A stretch of 63,931 nt of DNA, the filler included, from Perkinsus olseni (Eukaryota), in the NCBI GenBank assembly GCA_013115125.1. It is 2 parts of 2 records of this genome, joined end to end, with 100 filler letters (N's around TTAATTAATTAA, not from the genome) between each part and the next. Parts side by side here need not be neighbours in the genome. Positions count along the whole stretch, not along the records: positions 1 to 31,923 come from JABANN010000407.1; 1 more part is not named here. One strand, written 5' to 3'. Made by a program: the position numbers and the translations under genes. Below, piece after piece: positions 1 to 12,100 of this stretch. Each line of letters opens with the position of its first letter. Within the stretch, counting starts at the first letter, position 1. The notes beneath the pieces are model-generated. The model was not told the origin of the DNA. It did not search any database and saw nothing but the letters and a program-made list of their open reading frames with translations.

Positions 1-111
1 TTTCGTAATTTCCACTCTTTCGTCGAATTTCATCACTTCATTTTTCATTTCCGAAATTTCGGAAATTTCCGCAAGCTGAAATTTCAGGAATTTCAGCTTT
101 CGACAACCCTG
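1..111. mobile_element. Right end of a non-autonomous TIR element, hAT-like (left part lies outside the window)
   Basis: Dense palindromic GAAATTTC/TTTCG subterminal repeats ending in ...CGACAACCCTG, whose reverse complement CAGGGTTGTCG is a hAT-type terminus. The partner TIR and TSD are not visible. Confidence 0.45.
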
Positions 112-150
112 ATCCGACGAGCTTCGACCAAGAGCCCCAAAGAACCTGCG

Positions 151-330
151 TTGCACCGTCAGTGCTTAGACCAGATCCAGGCGCTCGGAAGATCGGCAGC
201 TAAGTTCCTCGGACAAAAGCCTCCGTCGACTGCTGGGGCCAGTGTGCTCCCCATATTTCATTGGCTCACCAACCGTACGCTAATTTACAACTATCCTGGA
301 CCCCCTGAGATCCAGTGGATAAAGAAGCGT
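151..330 (+). pseudogene. 3'-terminal fragment of a non-LTR retrotransposon ORF (paralog of 3334-3728)
   Basis: QCLDQIQALGRSAAKFLGQKPPSTAGASVLPIFHWLTN aligns with QCKEQIKKFGKAASDLLGQGKPSSTAEGALAIFHWVTN at about 3525-3640. Confidence 0.45.
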
Positions 331-331
331 A

Positions 332-3140
332 CTAATTTTGTAACAGCTTCTCCGTCACGCTACACACGATTGGGTGCCGGCACGGTCTGAGACTCAGCTT
401 CCTGACTCGAATGAAGTGTGCATGATTTAATTTACTGAGTGACTCAGCCTGAGTCCAACGCGGTTGTTGCTGGCGTGGCGGTTTGGTTAGCCAAGTTGCC
501 AATGACGTTGAGCCAATGCCAATTCTGTAGTACTCGGTCGGAATGAGGCTCATTCGAGGAGCTGCGTTTGAAGTTCCGCGTGATTTCCGTAGCACATTCT
601 GCTTTCTGGAATCTAGAGAATGGGTCCCATTCGTTGTCACGAGGCTGCGTACATCTGCCGCATTGGCATTCTGAGAACTCTGAGCATCCCAATAGCGACT
701 TGCCGTGGTCGGCCACCGAAGTTCCATATACACCGGAAGCGTGTCACTGCCTGTGATAGATGGGCAATGGAGGCAAGACTACACTCTGAAGCCTCTATGC
801 ATCCGACTCGCAGGATCTCTCTCGCCTTCGACTAGCGCGACAGTCTCAGCCACGGTGCCGCCCGAGTTGAAATAGTCAGCACTGGTTTCCGTTATTGGCA
901 GTGGCTCGCCATGCCGAGGTTGTACGGCACAAGCTCATCCAGTGGTCATCGATCCACCCAGAGAGGGTCTGATCGATAGCTCGCAGAAATAGGCGCTGTC
1001 TTCACGCGAGGCATATGTGATCTGTGCAGAGTTCGTTGCAGTTGCCGGTTCTCAATACTCCTGCGGCTTAGAAGCTGTTGTTGCTGTTCTGCATATGTTG
1101 TTGTGGCAGCGATGACATATTGAGTTTTTGAGTACGTTCGTGGATTGTTGTCATCAAAAAGGAACATCGGTGGTATGCGCATTAAGCGAAGGACGACAAC
1201 TGCGGTTCCAGCATCGCAAGGCAATAGAAGCCTTGGTCTAGCGTAGAAACAACACCCTGCCGAATAGTTGGCTAAGGTTTGAGCGCTGCCCTCCATCACT
1301 GACGGTAAATTCGGTAGAGTCCGCGATTCGAAGCGATGTGTGTTCAGGCCTCTGAGCATGGGAGCATGCTGGTCGGTAGCAACTTCGGCGATGGCAACCC
1401 ATCCTAAGTGGCCTAAGTGGCCGCCCACGCTCACATGAAGTCAGCTCGCGAAATCGGAACGTTCCATCGCTGCGATCGCTCAAATCGCATTTACCGTAAC
1501 TTGGACGCGGAGTCAAGCTTGCCTTGTATTCAATCAGCGTTACCAGGGGAGGCGAAGGCCTCAGGAAGACGGGGCTTTCACCGACACCCCATCCTGTACG
1601 ACGGTATATGATAGAGTAACTCCATGATTATGGTCAACACTCCCGGAACCAGGAATGATTCACTGAGCGGCCGCGGCTCGATCACCGAGGAATTCCGGCT
1701 TTCTCCGAAAAACGCCAGAACGAGCCCGCTCGCTCGAATTGAGGCGGCTGAGACTTTCCGGTCGCCTGGCCAACCCCAAAAGCTTTTACAGCGGTAGGTC
1801 ACCACTATATCGCTCGTGGCAGACAGCTTCCGTCTCACAATTTGTGAGATTGTTCGTGAGTCACAAACAATCTACTCCGCGTGGAACACACAGTTTGCAA
1901 AGAATGCACTGTGTGTAGGGACTTCCTCAACCCTGGGCGAGGAGCGAATCGAAGGGCTTCCCCTTGCATCGAAAGCTCCGATGCAAGGGGAAGATCTGAC
2001 CTCGTCTATCTCAGTGAGGTAACCTCACGTCCGAGCCGTGTAGCATGATGATGTCCATCCCTCGCCGGCTCTTCAACGCTGTATTCCTTCTCGTCTGGTG
2101 GCAACTTTATGTGATTGAAGCTGCTTCCATAGTCCCCGAGAGTTTGACGGGAGATAGCGGTTTCATGGACCACACGGAGCCGAGGGAGCCCTCAGACGCA
2201 AAGGAGAGCGGCGTGCTGGCGATGTTGGTAAGATGGCAGTACGATAAAATAACCACGCCCTCATCGTTTTGGCTGCTTTCAGAGAAGGAAATCACATTCG
2301 AAGTTGGAGCCGGAGCAAAGAGAACTTATGGTCGGTGAAACCTGTCACAACGCAATGAGTCATGAGTCGGAGTTGAACGGGGAATCGAATAGTGTTTTTT
2401 CAGGCTCTCAAGCGCGAGGACATACTCATCCCCGGGAAGTCGGACACTGGTGGCTACCCCAAGGTGAGTCGCCTCAACGTCGGGCATGAGCGGCCGTGGC
2501 GCGTGAACCCGGGCAATTGGGAGCCCAATGGAGCTAGTCCGCTCTTAACTGGAGCTGGGGATGTACCTTCAGGTGTGGCTTGGGTACGACGTCTTCGGTG
2601 AAGGGCTTCAGAAGTTGACTGATGTACGAGAACTCAATCACACTAAGTAACACCATAGGGAAAAATCACGCTGAAATAGTGGGGAGACCCTATTCATTTC
2701 AGGGGTTCTCGCTACAGCTTCTTCCGCATGACGGTTGACGAGGAGGTTGAGGAAGGCATTGGGTGGTAGGCGGGGCAGATCGCTTCGCCAAACGGAAACG
2801 AGGTGCTCACGAGTGATAGACACTTGTACAGGGCTGTCAAAGATATCCTCGCTCGTATGCACAAGATTCGTAAGCGCAGAAGGCATCTCTGTAAATGGAC
2901 AACAGAAGTGGATGCGAAGCGTAGAGGGATCTCCCTTGATAGCGTAAAGACTCCGCGCTGCGACTCGCAGCCTGGCGATGCGACCGCTCCGACCGGTGGC
3001 AGGAATTTCGAACGGTTTCTTCACTGAAACTATTCAGATACGTTTGGGAACTTATTGGATCACGCTCACCATGATCGATCCGGCTGATGGATTCGAGATC
3101 AGCTGGCTCAGTGCCAAGATACGTTCGCGGTAATATCACC
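332..3140 (-). mobile_element. Heavily decayed non-LTR retrotransposon (RT - RNase H - Cys/His tail)
   Basis: Frameshifted remnants in the expected order on the minus strand. RT-like: QLPGFTR (~2510), LSPV (~2150), SFWG and SVIEPR (~1680-1780). RNase H-like: MEGSA..SAGCCFY (~1245-1295), LWV and GN-SADYF (~870-960). Cys/His tail: LNHAHF..LRPCRHPIVC (~365-430). The upstream limit is approximate. Confidence 0.5.
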
Positions 3141-3333
3141 TATAACAGGTCATCCAGCGTAAAGAGTCATCCCCGATAATCGTACACTATGTCTTATCAA
3201 AGGGCTTCCTCTAATAGTTCACACATTCAATAGAATGTAATGCACATCCCAGAGAGAGTTCAGTGTCTGAAACTTGGGTGTGTGTGAGCTTGTAGTCCAA
3301 CGCCGATTCCGGCTTAGTTAGACTCTTGCTGAT

Positions 3334-3728
3334 GTGCACAGTTGGAAACTTCGGGGTTGTTCCATACCGCTTTGGCTCTGCGCTATGGCCTCCGATATCA
3401 AATTTTGCTCTTCAGATCACTCACTCCCGAATTTCACATGCCGAGATTTCGCAGAATGGTATCAGATGCGAGGATTGTTCGGCGTGAGTCGGATAAGAGC
3501 CCCTACACAGATGATTTGGGGAGCCAGTGCAAGGAGCAGATCAAAAAATTTGGCAAGGCAGCTTCAGATCTTCTCGGACAGGGGAAGCCCTCATCGACTG
3601 CTGAGGGCGCCCTTGCTATTTTCCACTGGGTCACTAACCACTCACTAGTATCTGACTATCCTGAAAACCCCAGCGCGTGGCGACAGGAGGTCTCTGGTGA
3701 TTTAGAGGTGACACGTGGATGGACTTGA
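3334..3728 (+). pseudogene. 3' end of a non-LTR retrotransposon ORF (CCHC-like finger plus C-terminal tail)
   Basis: LRGCSIPLWLC..DHSLPNFTC resembles LRPCRHPIVC of the minus-strand element. After a frame change it continues into the tail shared with 151-330. Confidence 0.4.
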
Positions 3729-5589
3729 AAAGCAGCACTACAGCTGCTCGAATCGAACAACCATATATGTCCTCGAATGTGCTGTTGCTGACTGCTGTAA
3801 AACCCATGTTGATGTGCTGTCGACCTGCGTGTTGAGTTCCCACGTTCATTCAGCAAGGCCACTACGAGATTGCGAGGCTATCTTCGACGACCCAGCCTCA
3901 TGCACTTCTCCCGTGTCACTATCTTGACAGTTATAATGTGTATGACTCACGAACACTAGCCTCGGCGCGATCTCGGCCACCACAGTGATGACAGCACCCG
4001 AACAATCCCCCCACCAGCTCACCTGTTCCACTCGTGAATAACCCTTCATCGGCCACTCCTGCTGGATTGCCTCAGTTTATCAGTAGACGGTGGGGTTATA
4101 AAACGACGAGAAAAAATGTTTCTCCGAATATTTCGAGAGTATCTCTATATCATCATAGCTAATATTCAGTATCGGTCACGAGAATAGCTCGGATTTGCCC
4201 TGCAGATAGACTCGTTTCATGTGACGGTGTTGACCGATTACACTGGAAAAAGTGGGCCTCGACCCAACTGAGGCGAACGGCCGTGGCCACCTCGAACCCG
4301 CGATAACACAATGCGACAGGCGAGGCACCAACGACCCATCCGATGAAGTTCGCACTTATCATCGTCTGCCACGCCTTCGACGACTACGGGGGTCATCACC
4401 AGAGCTATCCTCGTCAGAATCGCTCTGTAGTCGCCGCGGTCGAAGTTGCCTCGCACGTTGGTTACTCTGGATCAATTTTAAGAACAAACCGTGCTTTAAT
4501 AATGAGAGAAGCTTCACGCTATAATAGGGGTACCCTACCTGTTGCACTTGACGACGACGCTGTTTGCGAGCTCGCGAGACCGTCGCGCAACCTCCAATGA
4601 TACCGAGGACTCCAGAGCCTAGGAGAATCCGCTGAGCCCTCGTCGTCCCACGGGCCTGATCACCCACCTATGAGCGCCCACCTCACCCAGTGATGCCAGT
4701 GGTCGTACCTGTTGTGACGCAAAGCACGGCTACTTCAAACTTTCAACCTCAGGAGGGATACAGGCAACTGATGCTTAGTCATATGCGTTCTACATCGAGC
4801 AACGGGAGGTCAGACCGGCGCTGAAGCTCACCAATGCTGTGTGTGATGATGATGTACTGGCTTGCATGTGAGGATGGGGTGGCAGCCTTTGGGATGCGCC
4901 CGAGGGCGAGCATGCACCACTCCACCCTGCACGTTGTCATGATCAGGGTTACCATTATTGTATTGTGACAAACCGTGATGAGGAGCATGTCCGTCGAGCG
5001 ATGGCGTTGCCACAGAGGAGCTCCTGTCAGAGGCCACCGTGAGGGACTCATGGCTCATATTCGATGAGAGCGACCAACAGGCAGCAGTGGTAGTGACTCG
5101 CTCAACTCACCAGAATGCTGTCACATGAGGCAAGCCTGTGATCTCCACAGAGCCGCTAGAGAACGTGGAGTGACTGTGTGGACACAAGTGGTCCATAAAA
5201 GATAAAAAATAAGCGAGAGTTGAGTCCCTCGAAGACTTTGAAAGCGACTGGTCACTGGAAGCCAACTCTAAAAATCAGAGTTGATTCTGGAACTGCGTTT
5301 TACGTGCGAAATTCCAGGACCGATTCGGAGCCTCAAAATTAGCCTGCTGAACAGGGCGATACATAGTCTTGTCTTATACAGTCTTCATACACTGTCTCCA
5401 ACTGTGCGCATCGGCGAGAGTCTAACTCCGCCGGAACCGGTGTTGGACTGAAAACTCACACACACACTGATACACAGTCGAGCCTCGATGTGACTGAGCC
5501 CGAGGCGGACTTGCCCGAATTTGCAGTAGTCCACGCAACAAGGAATCGTGAAAACTAATCTAGCTTAATAATAACACAGCTCGGCGACT

Positions 5590-6609
5590 CTAGATTCCAT
5601 GAGTGCCGCCGTCGAGCTCTCTATCGAAGGGGTCAATCTTCGGGGCGCTCAATCCAGTCCAGTCGATCTTTCCTACTGGATCGTATCGGTTAAAGCTGAT
5701 CCCCTCAAGCTTGAGGCGAGTAAACCAACCGATGGAGAGACTAGCGACGGAGACACCAACAAGGTTTTTGATGGTCAAGGGGTCTCCAAAGATAAGATAG
5801 CCGATTGAAAGTACCAGACAGACTTCGGCGTTGCATAATACATTGTAAGACAATGGTGACACTTCAATGAGGATGATGAAAATAGTGGCGTTCACAACGA
5901 GACTAAGTACGCAAAAAACGAGGACTAGCGAGAGAGCCGAAAGAGATGGTGTATACTCCAGGATCTCGGATACGTCTTCGAGCAAGGGGATGACCATGAA
6001 CAGCAACAGGGCAGTAACCAACGATTGGCGATGGAGGAGCTGTAGCGGTCTGCATTGAGCCTGCTTCGGAGTGACATAAACCAAGACTTGATAAAGCGCT
6101 GCGCAGGCGACACTGAGCAAGCCCCATAGCGAGCCCAGCAGGTTGAAGTTGAAGCTAGAGACCGTTTCCAGTACCATGCCAATGACCATCGCAAAAAGGG
6201 TAAGGCCTTGGTCGGGAGGCACAGCAGTGGAGTAGAGAAGGTTCTGCACGAGCAGGATAGCCGGTGTAACTAGGATTTTGGTTAACTCATAAACGCCCGG
6301 GTCGTTATAGTCCAGCGAAAAGTTGTTGAAAATGACGAAGCCACAGAATGCCACTGAGACCGGGAAGACTTCCACTAGAGGCAAAGGTTCTCCTCCGATG
6401 ATGAGCCGGCGTCGGATCGCGAACTCGAACGTGGCGAAAATGAAGAGATTGCTTAGGATCGTAAGAAGGGTGGCCCACTTGAAGCCTTCAATGAAAGCTA
6501 GCTTATTGATCCAAGCTAGGATCAACGAACCACTGCAGTGGATGAGTATCACGGTCGACCGATACCGCAGTGACGAATTCGGTGTGGCCATAGCTTTCGA
6601 AAGCATCAT
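5590..6609 (-). CDS. Nucleotide-sugar/triose-phosphate transporter family protein (SLC35E3-like)
   Basis: Intronless 339-aa ORF with about 9-10 hydrophobic segments and family motifs WINK, FNNFSLDYN..GVYELTKILVTP and SPLSYNVL. Confidence 0.85.
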   Translation of the reverse strand: MMLSKAMATPNSSLRYRSTVILIHCSGSLILAWINKLAFIEGFKWATLLTILSNLFIFATFEFAIRRRLIIGGEPLPLVEVFPVSVAFCGFVIFNNFSLDYNDPGVYELTKILVTPAILLVQNLLYSTAVPPDQGLTLFAMVIGMVLETVSSFNFNLLGSLWGLLSVACAALYQVLVYVTPKQAQCRPLQLLHRQSLVTALLLFMVIPLLEDVSEILEYTPSLSALSLVLVFCVLSLVVNATIFIILIEVSPLSYNVLCNAEVCLVLSIGYLIFGDPLTIKNLVGVSVASLSIGWFTRLKLEGISFNRYDPVGKIDWTGLSAPKIDPFDRELDGGTHGI

Positions 6610-7126
6610 GAGCTTGTGACTAAACTAAAACCTGACGAGGCCTTTGCGTGCGAAACCTTCATGACGAGAGGCATCACAGAGCAAGCCCGACACAGTCGAG
6701 TGAATATTAATTCACACTGGCAGATTTCGACGATGAGATCTGGAAAATAGCAGACCAGCTAATTGTCGCAGAGGTCTCGAGTCCAGATCCCTGAAACGAC
6801 GCGAACCCCATAGGGTACGCTGAAAGTTCTCAAGGGAGGAGGGACCCTCAAGGAGGGCTCAAGGGGCTCACGCAACCACGCAGTGAGACGTATACGAATA
6901 AACGCCTGGGCATTTCCCGTAGCCATTGACCAACAGACACGAGGAATTCAGATGAGCGACTGTCACTCATATCAGAAATGATTGTATTAATATTCTGTTA
7001 CTGATTATATCTAGTACGACGACGAAGACGACGAACTGATCTTCGTGGACTAAACAATGTTTAGATATCATTCACCATTCCTTGTTAACTTTCTCTGTTC
7101 TCCTAAGTTCCGGGCCGGTCGGCCAC

Positions 7127-8638
7127 TTACGATACTTCAGATTTCTGACGAGCGATAACAGCAGCGTAGACTCTACGATAGTAGGGTAGCATGAGCAGAG
7201 AGCAAACGGCACCGACAAGGCATAAGCCTATGAGGACATAGTAATAGTAATCGTAATGTGACCCGACAACGGACTCCTCTGGTCTGTCAAAGTCAAAGTT
7301 TGGGAGCCAGGGGGCGGCAACTTGGAATACGACGGCCGAGAGACTGTTGGCGATTGCAAAGAAGCAGAGGTTCACCGCAGAGGCAACAGCTTTGAGCTCC
7401 GGTGGGGCATGAGTGAAGGCGACCTCGTAGCTTGTTGAGATGAGGAAGATTTCCCCCGCGGCTATCAAGGAGAACTGGGGGACTTGCCACCATATGGACA
7501 CGGTAAATAGGGGATGAGCCATGATAGCATACTCAACGATAAGGGCGCAAACTAAAGCCAACGCGCCCAGAAGGGAACCTATGCAGAAGCGGACCAATAC
7601 AGGAGGCATCCTACCACGCCGACGCAGCCACGGATAGAGAAGTTGGTCGACCAAGGCAGATACCACCACGACCGCTATCGGGTCTACATTCTGCATGAGG
7701 GCTGCTGGCATGGTCCAGCCGAAGGTGTTGCGATCCATCTTGAAGGCTTGTGTCAGAAATGCAGTTGTCATGTTATTGTAGGCCATGTTGAAGGGGATGA
7801 TCAAGACAAATAAAGGTAATAAATAAAAGAAGACTTTGGCGTCTTCAATGAACTCGTCCTTGAATTTCCCTCCCCTGCTCTCCTTGTTCTTCTCTACAGA
7901 GCATCGAGCAAGGGAGTATACCACGACCTTGCAGACCTGCAACACGGCGGATCCTTGCGGCTTAGCCTTCACATAGCGATTCATGAAATCGCCAAGAACA
8001 AATACTATAGTAGCCACCACGAAGAAGGCCAGAGGGAAAGCGAAGCTCGCCGTGAAGTTGACCTGCTGTAGCAGAATCGGGGTAACGATGCCCCCAATGA
8101 TGGCCCCCAGGTTGATCGAAGCGTAGAAGTAGGTGAAGAACCGGGTTATCAGCTCCTTGTGCTCATCAGGGTGCATCTGCTGAGCTCCCATCACGTTGAC
8201 GCAACTTTTGATACCACCCGCACCGACCGTGATGAGGGCGAGCAAGGACAAGTGTATCATCCAGGGCTCGCTGATTGACCGGACAGACGACAAAGTGAGG
8301 ATGACGAGGCCCAACATGTAGAGCAATGAGAAGCTTAGGATAGTGTAGTAGACTCCGGCAAGCGTGTCGGCCAGGATGCCTCCTAGGAGTGGGGTAACAT
8401 ACAGGATGGCGTTGAAAATGGAGACGTAAGAGTCAGCCTGCACATCCTCGTAATTAAGGTACTCCTTAAGGAAGAGCTGGAGGTTGGGGGTGAGTCCATA
8501 GAATGCCAGCCTTTCACAGAACTCCTGCATAAGTATGAATACACAGGCCACCCATATGGGGTTCTCGAAGTAGTGATAAGTGTTACCAGTTCGATCTGTC
8601 CAAGAGAACGGTTTGTTGAAGGGCATGCGAGGTGCCAA
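7127..8638 (-). CDS. Proton-dependent oligopeptide transporter (PTR/POT, SLC15 family)
   Basis: EFCERLAFYG (ExxERxxxY), GAGGIK, FFTYFYASINLG and WWQVPQF..AGEIF motifs; about 12 TM segments. The ORF opens at TTG, so a short upstream exon (~8750-8830) is possible. Confidence 0.93.
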   Translation of the reverse strand: MAPRMPFNKPFSWTDRTGNTYHYFENPIWVACVFILMQEFCERLAFYGLTPNLQLFLKEYLNYEDVQADSYVSIFNAILYVTPLLGGILADTLAGVYYTILSFSLLYMLGLVILTLSSVRSISEPWMIHLSLLALITVGAGGIKSCVNVMGAQQMHPDEHKELITRFFTYFYASINLGAIIGGIVTPILLQQVNFTASFAFPLAFFVVATIVFVLGDFMNRYVKAKPQGSAVLQVCKVVVYSLARCSVEKNKESRGGKFKDEFIEDAKVFFYLLPLFVLIIPFNMAYNNMTTAFLTQAFKMDRNTFGWTMPAALMQNVDPIAVVVVSALVDQLLYPWLRRRGRMPPVLVRFCIGSLLGALALVCALIVEYAIMAHPLFTVSIWWQVPQFSLIAAGEIFLISTSYEVAFTHAPPELKAVASAVNLCFFAIANSLSAVVFQVAAPWLPNFDFDRPEESVVGSHYDYYYYVLIGLCLVGAVCSLLMLPYYRRVYAAVIARQKSEVS

Positions 8639-9113
8639 GGGAGTAGAACCTACGATGCAGAGCAGTGGTGGAGAAGGCCCCTGTCCCAGTATGAGCTATG
8701 AGACAGAATCCTCAGACGCAGAGACTCTCTGCTAGCCAGACAGTCTCTGCGCATGCGTGCTACCCTGTACGCAGAGACAAACGGTTGCAGTAGATCGTCT
8801 CGGACAACATCACTCCGTCGGTGTCGCGATGGGGCAGCCGAGTGTGAATCCTGAAGCAGTGAGAGGTAGCTGCAATGGAACCCTCGACGTCACACTACTA
8901 ACACAACACGACTGATGACGTTGAAAGTCAATAAATGATGGATAGTGCTGATCTCAGATAGACAAAACTCGCCAGAATCACCCGCAAGACAGGGCGGCCT
9001 CCGGAAAAATCACCTGAAAATGAACTACGCCATGCGCCCTTGGAGCACGGAAGAAACGAAGCAGACAGGAGACATCCCCATGACCTCCCTTCCCACCTCA
9101 TTAGTCGATGAGC

Positions 9114-12100
9114 TCAGTGTCCACAGACTTTCTTGTGAGCAGGCCAGCCCCGTCTTTGGCAGTCCACACTGCAGTAGTAGACCACCTTGCATCTCGAACA
9201 AAGCTTATCACCAGCTTTACCACAGGTAGCGCAGAGGTGATGGTTTCCACTCGGGAAGCCATCAGCCTGTACACCTCTCACAGAACCCGGCGTTGTTGAC
9301 GTGGAAGTGGAGCCTCCAGGGGAGCTGCCGCTACTGCTACTTTGTGCGGGTCTCGCTTGAGCTGCCCTACTCGGCGTCCCACCCACCAACAAAGAGCTGA
9401 GGCGGTTGCGCAGTTCTTGAGGAGGATTGGATGGATCCCCGAGAGACATCTGCTCCAAGAGCTTCATAACCTCTGCTGTTGCCGTTGGGTCCTTAGTAAG
9501 ATTCTCCTGAATGCTGTCCCACATGTCGTTCGTCACGTCGACAGGATTCACTGCAGCTTTACCGTCGAGGCTGTAGGACATGACCGAAGAGAACAGAGGG
9601 AAGATGACCATCGGCTGGAAGTGTCGCATCGCATTTGACGACAAAGGTATCTTCTTCCAGTCAAGCCAGGACATCCAGAACTTCTCAGCGTCTTTACACA
9701 CGTGTGGGCGCTTGGTGGAGCCGCAGACGGAACAGGCACCGGAATCTCCTCCTTTTCTTGGTATGCCCCTCGTCACACGAGCAAGCTCCATCGCTGCTGG
9801 CAGGTACTGGTCGGTCCAACACTCGAACTCTCCACAGCTCTCGTCCACTTTGATAGACCTGATCCCCATCTGGCTCTGAATCTTAGCCACATCGGGGGCC
9901 ACATCCAAGACGAAGTCGTGCTTGAGGATGCAGACCGCCCCCATTATGACGAGACCGTAGATCCAGTCGTAGGTGGTATTGGGCGAGAGCAGCATGATAA
10001 CATCACTCGAGGTACCTCGGGCGAGGGTCATCATAGCACGACCACCATAGGCACTGCCAGCAGCACGGTCATCTACTGTCGTGGAGTAGACGATGCCAAG
10101 GGACTCTCTAAGCTGGTTCATGGCGGTGCTCTTGTTAGCTCGAATCTTCAGCGGCAGCATCCTGCCGAAGAGGCCTCTGTTCATCCATCCACTACTATCG
10201 CCGACAGTCTTCAGCGTCGCATTAGACACCGACGGTACGGCTGAGACCCTCGGCTTAGCGTAGTGACAGGAGCTGAAGATCGAACGTGGCAAGGCATCAC
10301 CAACGAGGGGACCGAGTGGGGAGCAATAGGAGGCCGGGATGGCGATGTCCAGGAAGCCGCTACTTCGAGCCACCTTCATATGAACGTCATTAACGGCGAC
10401 CTCCACCGGCAGAGTGAAGGTGTGCAGAGTGACTCTAGCTGTTGTTACGTCGATGGTCTGAGGCTCTCCGGCGTGCTGATGGACCTCCACCTTTTCCTTC
10501 TTCTGCAAAGCCACGAGCTCCTTGCTTCTCAGCTTCATCACGAACCTGACCGACCCGTCGGCCCGCCACTGACGGACAGCGAGGGAGGCAGCCGTCTTCG
10601 CGGATCTGCCATTCTCACGCGGCAGATAAAGTGAGCGGTCAATGGCTTTCTTCCTGATGACCTTGGCGTCAGCCTCGAACGATTCCCCCGGCACGCTGAC
10701 GCTCGAGTAAGTGACATAAACTCGGCCAGTATCCGCATAGCCCATGACGACATCAGGCACGAAGATGTGGAGCTCGTCGCCAACGACTGCTTCGACTGGG
10801 AATACGACGTGGATACCCGCGTCGTTCAATACGACAGACACCAAACGATAGTCTGGCCCGCCCCACTGTCGCTTATGAAGGCTCAGATCGGACCCCTTGG
10901 AAGTTGCCAAACCAGCGATCGCTTGCTTCTCTCGACCAGCACGGTGGACATTCCAATCCTTGCCAACGACCTTCACTGCAACATCATATAGTGTGACGGG
11001 ACGCCTTATTCTGAGATCATTCCCGAACGAATACAGACCGCCGTGCACATCCAGGAGGCAGGACAGCGACAAAGCGTACCCGAGGATGAGAGAGAGTGGC
11101 TTGCTCTGGACTAGGCGCATCATCGCGCCCTCCTCGAAAAGGCGCATCAAACCATCGACGCAATCGGGGCTGATCGACCTTGCTAGGGCATCGACCAGAC
11201 GGACATACGTGTTGAGGCCCACCGGACGATCGCACCTCAATCGCAGTGAGAACTCTAAGGCACGGTACAGGGATGCCTTCAGGTCTTCCGAGTCGGAGAC
11301 TGACACTTGGTCGAAGCCTTGGAAGCAACGACGCCATCGCATCGGCACCGCCCCACGCTTCTCAATGGTGGCAATCATCGAGCTGATGAAGGACCTAGGG
11401 TAGGCCATCCACAGACTGGAGGGGTCTCGCTTGGCCGCTGAGTCCCGATGGTCCGCGGTCGACCTCGCAAAGTCCAGCTGCAACCCACAGCAGAAGGGAA
11501 TGAGCCAGAGGGGAACTTTAGATAGGCAGTCCTCAACGACCTCCTCCTCGTTGTTACCACTGCCCTTCATGGCGTCGGTCGCCAGAGAGGCCCGGGGGTT
11601 CTCAGCTTTGGAGGCGAGTAGGGGGGCGCACGCCAACAGGAGTGGCAAGACGCCAGTGTTGTCACCGATGTTAGAGGTGTCGATGAAGTCGAATTGATTG
11701 GGGAACCTCAACCCTCTCAGGAAGGCTCTCAACTTTTTCACCTCAGGGATCTTACAGGGCAGTGCAGCCCGAGGGACTTGCGGTCTGAGGGCATCACAGA
11801 GGGCAAAGGCATCCCCACAATGGAGAACTATCTGATGCTTCCTTGTAGCGAGTGCTGCCGCCATAGCAGCCGTACGCTGACCGAAGAGCTCAAAGCACCA
11901 CTGAGCAGGCGAGAGGCAGCCGGAGCGAAGGCCGGTGACGAACTTCGCGGAGGGTTTGGACAGCTCCTCGAAACACTTGATGAGATCCAGAGGGCAACTC
12001 TGATAGGGGTTGGCAAAGTAGTGGACTCTCCAGACCTTAGCGACTTCACTAGCCGCAACGCCCTTCGGCAACTTGGCGATCTTCCTAGGAAAGTCGTAGA

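Noticed and set aside
6917-6927. CCGTAGCCATT, matching the start of the dinoflagellate/Perkinsus spliced leader
   Set aside because: Only 11 nt, lacks TGGCTCAAG and is on the opposite strand to the flanking genes.
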